A stretch of DNA of 63,717 bases, the filler included, from Collodictyon triciliatum (Eukaryota): the NCBI GenBank assembly GCA_043381765.1. It is 8 parts of 8 records of this genome, joined end to end, with 100 filler letters (N's around TTAATTAATTAA, not from the genome) between each part and the next. Parts side by side here need not be neighbours in the genome. Positions count along the whole stretch, not along the records: positions 53,512 to 62,298 come from JBHJMP010003280.1; positions 62,399 to 63,717 come from JBHJMP010003410.1; 6 more parts are not named here. One strand, written 5' to 3'. Numbering within the stretch: position 1 is the stretch's first letter; each line of letters opens with the position of its first letter. Positions 54,976 to 63,717 of the stretch are shown here, piece by piece. The notes under the pieces were generated by a model. It searched no databases. It was not told the DNA's origin and saw only the letters and a list, made by a program, of their open reading frames with translations. A program made the position numbers and the translations under genes.

Positions 54976-56801
54976 TACGATGCCTGAAACTTACGACACC
55001 GATACCATCTTTTCTTTGCACAAGAGCGAACCCTCACTCGACAACCTCGACGCAGACCGCCGCCCGGCACGCCCCAACCCGAGAAACCCCACAAATGCAG
55101 ATATTCGAAATACTGTGTGGCAGTTCATAAATCACACGGCTTCGCATTTGACTTCCGTATATGGTATAGCGACATATTTGGTTTGGGATGTTGAGAACAA
55201 CATTCGTTGTGGCTGTCAAAGGGGCGAATCACCCGGCTGTGAAGGTTGAGAATCCCCTGCAGATATTTTCGCGCAGACAAAGACCCAACACGAAGGCGCA
55301 CCAGACCCAACTGAACCTTCTTCTTTTTTTTTTTTTCCTCTTCACTTAATACATTCATAGAGAAGCAATTTTAATTTTTTCCATTAACAAAAACATCAAA
55401 CATATGCTTGAATCTACACATTTCTATGCGACGAACGAAGACCCTATTCAAGTGGCGTTTGTCTGTCTCGATTGGCGCCGTGTAGATTGTGGCTTTGCTG
55501 TTCAAATTGTTTGGTGTGTCTCAATGCCCTTCGGTCGCATCCTGAGCGGGTGTTTTTCAGCGACGCATTTGGACAGAGAGGGTTATTCTGTGGCGTGGTG
55601 GTGCGCACTGGTGTGACTTCAAATTCAGTGCGCCGAAACGAAGCGAAGCCCCGCACGCGAGCAATAATAGCAAATCATAAATAATCCAGCTCGCTCAGCA
55701 AAAGTTATTCATTAGTCAAATTGCAGCAAAGTTCTGTCGAAATCATACACCACGCGCGTTTATAAATGAGCCGCCTGTCCATTTCTCTGCAATTTATTCA
55801 TGCCTGATTTCTTTTACTGAAATATCCTATTTTCTCGCAGCAAACCACAACACTATGAGTCGCATCGCCTATGAACCGCGACTTTCACCTTGCCATAATG
55901 CACTGTTTGTGTAGGTGGCATGTTCCATCATTAAGGCTTGTTGTGATGAAGTAGAGTCCCGTGTGTTATGAGAGGAAAGATTCATTTTCATTCATTCTTC
56001 CGTGGCGTATGATTCTTTGGGATCGCTACTGTCGCGTGAGAGAATTGCTGCTTGTAACCCACTTGTGTTACTGGTTTCTTTTCAGCTTATAACCTATCTA
56101 CCGAGAAGTCAACTTTTCTTTACAACCAAACTTTCAGGTGGCTATTTATTTATTTTTATTTTATTTTATTTTATTTTATTTTATTTTATTTTTATTTTTA
56201 TTTTTATTTTTATTTTTATTTTTAAAAAAAGGGGGCACTTGTTTTTCCTGTCATCTTATTAAATGCAGAAAAGAAAAGAAAAGTTGTATGAATCCGTGTT
56301 CCACTATATCGGACTATGTCAAAGGGTACTTTCCTTCTTCCTTTTAGTTTATATCGCTGTTTAAATCAAATCGCTCAAAACCAAGATGAATGTTGCTTCC
56401 GAGGCAGAAAAATGACATATGTAAAGTATAAATATGTTTTGATTCAAACTTTTAGAATTATCCTTCATAGCATCGTGATGTTCTAAATAGAAGCAAAGGA
56501 ATAAAACTACTTTTCATGTCCTAGTTGATACAAATGCCAAGTCACAATATAAACAACCATCATGTTTTAGTGGTCTTCTCGTAAATCTCTACATAATTTT
56601 ATCCCATAACTTTTGACGGATTAGTTTTAATGTCCGTCTTTCCTTACGAAGGATTTTTTCACATCCATTCTTAAGAAGCAATCAATCATTCCTGCAGGAA
56701 TGGATTGGGATTGTAAAATAAGACGAAAATACAATCACATATATCAAAAAGAATACTCTGCCTCAATCAATTATTTTCATCTATTAGAATAATCACAAAA
56801 C

Positions 56802-57872
56802 ATGTCAACTTCATCGAACAGCCCAAAAGGCCAACGCGCAACGTCAATGTCATTCCCGCGTCAGGACACACCGCGCCAGCCTGCTCGAATTGATGAGACC
56901 GACTGGGAATGCGAATTCCCCCTCTTCTCTGAATGGTCTGACATCTTGAAAGCACCACCGAGATCTCCACCAGCACACACGAATCTTTTTCCCACCGGAA
57001 CATCACTGCACCACCGCTCTCCAACAAACTCGCAAATACCACCAAACGAGCTTGATGAAATCATTTATAGTTCCTTTCCTTTTGGTCAATTACCAAAAGC
57101 AAACGGTGAAAAGGAAGAGTTCAAGACATTCGAGATGGTCCGTCAACCAGCACCTCCATCCACGTTCCGTGAATCCCATCAGCCAGCATCCGCCCCCGAG
57201 GACAGAAAGTGCTTCTCGACCGTGGGAAATCATGCCAAATATGGCATGATTGACATGGCTGCACCAAAGTCCCTTGCGATGACACCTCCGGCACTCCCAG
57301 CGGTCTCAGCTCCTCAGACAAGCTGTGTTGCAGAGGCTGAAATGAAATCCGACAGCAAGAAGCACCGCAAGCAGGAAAATAATGCCCCGCCCCCGTCTCC
57401 TCCACCACCATTTTGGTATCGCCGCTCAAACCAAGAGCAACCTCAACACCCCTGCCAGAATCTGCACTATCGCGACCAACCGAATCTGCAACGCGAATTG
57501 CCTATTTCTTGTGCAATGGCGGGCAAGCCAAGTGCAATAAAGGAGCAACGGTGCATGTACGAACAACATTTGGAGGGAGCCCAGGTGGGCGATATTCCAC
57601 AACCTGATTGCAGTGTCTTTGTCCTCTCTACAACGCCAGCAGTCTCCAAAAAAAGCTGTTCTCAGAAACCATTCATCCGCTTTTGCTCGATAGTCCGCCA
57701 CGAGATACGGCAGAAGAACCCCACCATCACGAATAATGAGCTTCTGAGAATCATCGCCAGGATGTGGCATGAATTGAGCGATGCGCAAAAAGATGTCTAC
57801 CGCCGCCCTTCGGGAGGTCTTCACTTTCATGTGGTTGATATGTCGAGAGATATGACAAAGTTTGCCGAATGA
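56802..57872 (+). CDS. Intronless protein with a disordered Pro/Ser-rich N-terminus and one C-terminal HMG box; likely transcription factor
   Basis: KPFIRFCSIVRHEIRQKNPTITNNELLRIIARMWHELSDAQKDVY fits the HMG-box pattern (F..F....R..I...NP.....E+.+.....W..LS...K..Y). Confidence 0.85.
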   Translation: MSTSSNSPKGQRATSMSFPRQDTPRQPARIDETDWECEFPLFSEWSDILKAPPRSPPAHTNLFPTGTSLHHRSPTNSQIPPNELDEIIYSSFPFGQLPKANGEKEEFKTFEMVRQPAPPSTFRESHQPASAPEDRKCFSTVGNHAKYGMIDMAAPKSLAMTPPALPAVSAPQTSCVAEAEMKSDSKKHRKQENNAPPPSPPPPFWYRRSNQEQPQHPCQNLHYRDQPNLQRELPISCAMAGKPSAIKEQRCMYEQHLEGAQVGDIPQPDCSVFVLSTTPAVSKKSCSQKPFIRFCSIVRHEIRQKNPTITNNELLRIIARMWHELSDAQKDVYRRPSGGLHFHVVDMSRDMTKFAE

Positions 57873-58837
57873 TTTTTGCTGCTTTGTAAGGTACTGTTTT
57901 TTTTTTTTTCGTTTTTTTTTTAAATCCCTGCAGGCCTTAATGTTGTCCGTTTTCTTTTCTCATAAAAGGGGCTTCTATTTTATTATGTTGCCAAACACCC
58001 TTTGATTATTCTCTAAATTAAGCAAAATAAAAACAATAACAAAAAAAAAATCAAGAGGAAGCCCTAGCTTTCTATCGTGTAGATGCAAATATGTTGGCAA
58101 CGAGTGTGTGCGCTCCACAAATAACTCGACTCAACAACTTAGTTCATGGATATTCCAAAAGAATATTGTTGAGTGTCACCATGAGTGTAATTCCTCTTGT
58201 CTTTTTACTTAAATCCATTTTATTGTGATTGTGATTAAAAACATAATCAAGTGAGATAATTTCAGAACAGTTTTACTCGATGTATGTGCGGAAGAGTAAA
58301 CAGGTGCAGGGTAGTGGACAGACCATAACAAAAGAAAATATGCAGAGAAAATAGCAAGTCAAAGTTTAGTGTACAAACTTGTTGGTAATATTCTATAGTT
58401 CCGTCAATGTCACTCCCGTTTCTTCCATGGCTTGCTGAATAAGAGGATGTACAGACAAATTTGCCTGACTAAGTGATAACAACAGGAGACAGAATTTTAA
58501 TGGCAATAAAATGCTCAATCTATATTCATATGGCATTAACCAGATGTCATCACATTTGACATTTTTGAAAAGGGGAGTATAATTTAGATCATAAAAAAAA
58601 AAAAAAGTATGTCCAGGATGTTGCGGCACATTCGATTTAAGGACGACAAAGAGGGAAAATGTCTTTAAACACAAACTAGAGAAGTATATGCAATTTCGAA
58701 AAACCTTGAACCAGGAGACTCATTTTTCATTTGTGTAGAGGTCGATAATTCATTTCTTCTTTGGGTAGAATTCGACCTAGATTTCATTTAGACTTAGGCT
58801 CGGAGATTGAGCATTTTACAACTTTCTAATTTGTCCG

Positions 58838-61800
58838 CTAGCGATGGGATGAATGATGCATGTTCCTTAAATAAAATGTTCCATGTGATAAAAAATCAAT
58901 CGTAGCAAAATTCATTTACGTATTAACAGTGGACACACGAGTGCCCACTGGAGTCGACGGGCGAGAATATGATGTCGAGAAAGAAGCAGCTTTAGAGTTC
59001 ATATTGGTTATACTAAACATAGGACTTTCTGGTCTTGAATGGGAAGGAGTCTTTTTTTCTTTGACCGAGCTTGTGTCGACTTCATAATTCATGAACAGGT
59101 TACATACATATATGTAAGACCAGTGGTAGTTAGTCATATATTGCCAAGATCAAGAAGTACTTACTTTTATTGGCATCCTCATTATCATTATAATCATCAC
59201 ATCATATTTATCAATATTATCATTATCCTCATCCTCATCAATATCATATTTATTATCATTATCATTATCATTATTCACAACACATACCATATGAAATGGG
59301 TGATGCTGGTCGTGATTCCCCAAGCGGTCTGGTTGACAAAGAACGCAACAATCTCCCAAGTTGGTCGATTTGCTCCTCAAGTCTCTTTTTTTCTTTCTGT
59401 ATAGGATGATGTTAACCCCATGAATATCGAAAACACTCAGATTAAAATTGAAATAGATTTGGAGGAGATACGTATGAGGTCACAAGTTTTGTCTTATCAA
59501 GACTGTGGCGATCATACGGAAAATTTGTAAGACTCTGTTTCGAGTTCCTTGACAAGCTTTTGGCTCGATGCAGTTTGAGTCTTCAGCTTTCGTATCTACG
59601 TAGAATATCTTTTTTATAAAGACAAACAAACAAACAAACAAACAAACAAACAAACAAACAAACAAACAAACAAACAAACAAACAAAACAAAACAAAGCAA
59701 AACAAAACAAAGCAAAACAAAACAAAACAAAACAAAACAAAACAAAACAAAACAAAACAAAACAAAACAAAACAAAACAAAACAAAACAAAACAAAACAA
59801 AGCAAAACAAAACAAAACAAAACAAAACAAAACAATGTGGTTGACAAAGGCTTGGCCATCATCCCGAAAAAAACGATGTGGGAAGCTGTTGCCCAGAAGA
59901 ATATAGTAAAAAAAAAAAAAGCACAGGCAATAAATTTTAGATTCACCATGCTATCCTTTGCCTCTAACTCGCGGTAGACTCTTAAGAAAATGTCTTTCGG
60001 TTTTGCTTTTATTGTCAAGTCTTCACTAAAGAAGTTCAACCACAGCCTATATAAAGATTATATGTACATCCGCACATATACGCAATTGGTAAGTCATTGA
60101 AACCAAATACTTAAGAAGATAATAAATATTAATTCTCGCAAAAGATAATCTGACTAACGAGTTGGCAACTCCTGATATTTCACGAAGCTTTTCTGCTGCC
60201 ACACTATTTAGGCAATAATTTTGTTTTTTTTTTTAAAAAAAAAAAGAGGAGGAAAAAGAAAAGGAACCATCCATCAACTCATTTGCAAGGATTGGCGTGC
60301 GTTAATTAAAAAAAATCAATGAATTTCATACTTCGAATCTGCATATGAAAGCATGTTTTGCATGGATGTGACCAATTGGGCTGGGTCAGAAAGATCTGGA
60401 TTGTCCACAATATGCACATCATGGCTTGCGTGTATTTTTCTTTGGTGGCTGATTTCAGACTATTTTCAAGTAAATATATTGCTTCAGGTCTACAGGGTAT
60501 AACTATTGCTAGGACTAATATATCAAAATATGTTTGTTTTTCTCCTATTCAAACCTTCAACCACCGGTTGTACAAGTCAAGTACTGAAAAGGACAATTTT
60601 AGATATTTGTCCTGGATGTCATCAGCTCGTTGTAAAGCTTGTTGCAGTTTAGAATACTGCACCTCAAGGTCGGAATATTGCTTCTCACTCTGAGATATGT
60701 GCATTCAGGAGGAGGAGAGAAAATGGAGACACTCAATTTTCTAAAGGCAAACTATATCGATGTAATTTACTTTCTTTTCGTAATACGGCGTAAATTAAAG
60801 ACCTTCTCGAGAGCCTGAGTCAACTCAAGTAACTTGAGTCGATAATATTCTTCCTTTTCCTTCAAGGTTTGTTCCAACTTTCTTTCCATCATATTTCTTT
60901 GTTCCTGAGCTTCAAGGAGCTGTGTGTAAGAATCCAACTATAGAATATCAATATCTAATCAATATCGTGTTGAAAAATGTCTGCTTTTTTTTTCTTTTGT
61001 GGGGCGAAGTTATGTAACAAAATGATGTTAAACGCGTTGTGAAGATTTAGAATCCATACTAAAGATACACAGACTTGACAAGTGGAAATACATAATTACT
61101 TGAGATCTTTCCAGATTTTCCAGCCTTTCAATAACATCTTCAGGTGAAGCAAAATCGAAGCGCTCAGAAAGTCTTTGAAATATAGGTTCCATTTTGGAAA
61201 AAATTTTCAATTTTCTCTGATTTTCAATCTCACGATCAGTCATTTTCGATAGCTTTAACCGAAGTAGTTCGGTGATATGCTTCTGTTTTGCAAGAATAAA
61301 AGTATGATTGGTCTGTGATAAAATCAAACTCTAAGATGCACATTTTCTATCTTTCCTTCTTTTTCCTTCTTTTTTATTTACAAAGCTGAAGGGATCATAT
61401 AAATGAATAATGTATACAAAGACCGTCAGAAGAAAATTTTCATTTAAATTACCTGAGAATCGTACTCGGAGCGTATTCTGTCCACCTCTTTCTTCGATGC
61501 CTTTATAGAAAAGGGATGATAATGTTCATGTTAGTGTTAGTATGGTGAGCAAAGTGCTTATGATGGGCAATCAATATATATATATATATTCATAGTTTAA
61601 GCAGGAAAGGAGCCGGTGTTACATCATTTTCGTATTTTGATGCAAGCAAATCACTCTCCAACTTTGCAATTCTACTCTGGTAATCTCGCTCCAGCTCCTC
61701 AAAGTTCAACTATTGAGTACAGAAAACCAACGATATGACTTAAACGGAGGAGAATGAGAGAGAGGACTGAGAATAGTGTCTATTCTGACTAAAGTCCGTA

Positions 61801-62064
61801 ACTGGGAGGGGAACTAGCGCGTAATTTATAAAGTATTTTTATCTGTGGGCGTATTCAGATGAATAGACCTTCCACCAATCATTTGCCTGATTATCTTGAT
61901 TACAAAAGGGAACAAAGAATTCTGAAAGAAAGAAAAAGAGGGTTGGTTCAGGCATACATACTTGTTTCTTTGCCATTTGTTCATCTGAAAGTTGTACTTT
62001 CATGTGATCTTCCATATTTTGCATTCCAGTCTGTTTCACATGGTTTATCGTGTCTTTCGGAGAC
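58838..62064 (-). CDS. Multi-exon coiled-coil protein, possibly cilia/flagella-associated; 5'-truncated
   Basis: GT-AG exons: LNFEELERDYQSRIAKLESDL, FQRLSERFDFASPEDVIERLENLERSQ, LLEAQEQRNMMERKLEQTLKEKEE, YLKLSFSVLDLYNRW, then a Ser/Pro-rich tail. Intronic (TTTG)/(TTTTG) SSR at 59620-59834. Confidence 0.7.
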
Positions 62065-62445
62065 CTAACATGAACGAGGACGCCTGAAAAGAAATATCGA
62101 TGAATAAATGCGTGGTAATGGACGCAAAGACAAAAATAATTAGTTCCTTATTTATTTTTAAATTGCTTTGCAACCATTGTGGGATGCTACGAACAGTATT
62201 GTTAAATTCCTTCATACATTCTTTTTGTTTTTTTTGTTTTTTTTTTTGTTTTTTTGTTTTTTTGTTTTTTTTTGTTTTTTTGTTTTTTTTTTGTTTTTNN
62301 NNNNNNNNNNNNNNNNNNNNNNNNNNNNNNNNNNNNNNNNNNTTAATTAATTAANNNNNNNNNNNNNNNNNNNNNNNNNNNNNNNNNNNNNNNNNNNNTT
62401 TTGATGATGATGCAATCATCACCTCAGTCCGAGTCATAAAGGCGC

Positions 62446-63428
62446 ATGGCGTGCTGCAGCAAGCTTCTTTGTCACAAGAGCCAGCTCCCTACAAAGTTTA
62501 CGGTCATGGGTAAAAAGTGTTCAGAACACATCCTCAAAGAGCGTCCGCCAGCCGCGAACAACGAACGACAAGTAAAAGCCCCGCAAAAGAATACACCTGC
62601 CAAGCAGACAAGCAAGCAAACGGGGTCAGGGAAGCAAGGCAGGCCCAAAACAGACGTCCCAAGACGCACAAGCAAGATACCGCAATACAAAGCAGTGACG
62701 ATGACATGGAAGGAAACCTCGGTTCCTCTTCAGAATCCTCGCACTCGAGCCATCCAACGCCAACACCGGACAAGCCCACACATCGCAAGACCCAAGAGCA
62801 GCGCATCTCCAAACCCCGAAAGAAATCCCCCCTTAAACTACCCATTCAGACTGACGTGAATATGGTTGACATAGGGAGGCCTACAAGGAGTCTTCGTTAC
62901 TTATCCGAAAAGGATACTCCCAAATCGAAGGCAACACAAGAACCAGCGCTCCCAAAAGAATAGTCCGTTTACCCTGCCCAGCGCCGTCGCACGAGAACCA
63001 AAGAAGCTCAAGAGCAAAACAGCACAAGTCGAATCCAAAGCTTTGGAACTTCAACACACCAAAAGACAGTCCGAGGCAAGCAAGGAGCGTATGTTTTCTA
63101 AACCACAAGCCCCGATTATCCATAAATCCGGTAAGCAAAGTCCACTGCCGGCTTCGCATGGTTCCGAAACCAGGGGATGGTCAAGCGCCACTTCCGATAA
63201 TACCAGACAAACAACGATGTATCGCTTTTTGTTTGAGTCACCCAGCAAGAAACGTAAGGAAAGTGACCTGTTGTCCCCTCAAAAGGCTCATCTTGTGGAA
63301 TGAAATAGGATGTAAACCCTGTCTGAGATAGACGGTTGAAAGGACTCGTCGGAATCGGTTTGATAAGAAACTGCCATGTGCGTACTTTCATCGACCCGAC
63401 AACTTTATCCGCTCTTCTGTCAGTCTCT
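62446..63428 (+). mobile_element. Degenerate copy 3 of family A (ORF1 3' half plus part of the 3' UTR)
   Basis: Colinear with copies 1 and 2 (KLLCHK..KFTVMGKKC, DDMEGNLGSSSESSH, RQTTMYRFL) with several indels. Confidence 0.88.
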
Positions 63429-63717
63429 AAATAAAAATAGAACGGAAATGATATTGGGAATGAAAAACGCTGCGGCACAGAAAAGGCGCAGCCAAATTAT
63501 CATTCTACGATATTAATCTATATAGTTGGAATATCTATGCCGAGATTATACTATCCAATTCTCAAAGCCTGCTATTAAGTCCAAAAAAGATAAAATTCTA
63601 TAAAATCCAATTTAAGATTATCCATACTCGGCCGTAAAACCGACATCAGAGATTTCCAGATGCACGCCCATAATGAGATGACACTTTTTTTTCGCCAGTA
63701 ATCGAACCCAATAGCAG

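Overview
AT-rich, intron-dense eukaryotic DNA, probably from a protist. Every intron I checked is GT-AG and short (mostly about 70-150 nt), and the standard genetic code fits. The window is not one locus. It is eight roughly 8.8-kb scaffolds joined by an artificial N44-TTAATTAATTAA-N44 spacer, so adjacency across spacers means nothing. Genes: a membrane-anchored cyclic-nucleotide phosphodiesterase; two DUF4062 genes (one a CH-like/DUF4062/NACHT STAND protein, the other only an N-terminal fragment); an intronless multi-TM protein; three coiled-coil proteins; a class IV-like HDAC (3' part); an HMG-box protein; and a large secreted or surface protein with signal peptide, 21 WD40 repeats and a Cys-rich GCC2/GCC3-like stalk, plus a pseudogene paralog. 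In that protein only the outermost 7-blade propeller is homogenised at DNA level, and it varies mainly at putative binding positions, like fungal HET-E/NWD sensors but apparently extracellular. This is my best candidate for an undescribed variable-receptor system. There is also a set of interacting non-LTR retroelements: Tx1/L1-like ORF2 3' fragments, an ORF1-only HAL1-like element with a PCNA PIP-box-like motif (3 copies), a possible tRNA-headed SINE, and about 40-nt tail insertions with target-site duplications. All calls come from reading the sequence by eye; no searches were run.
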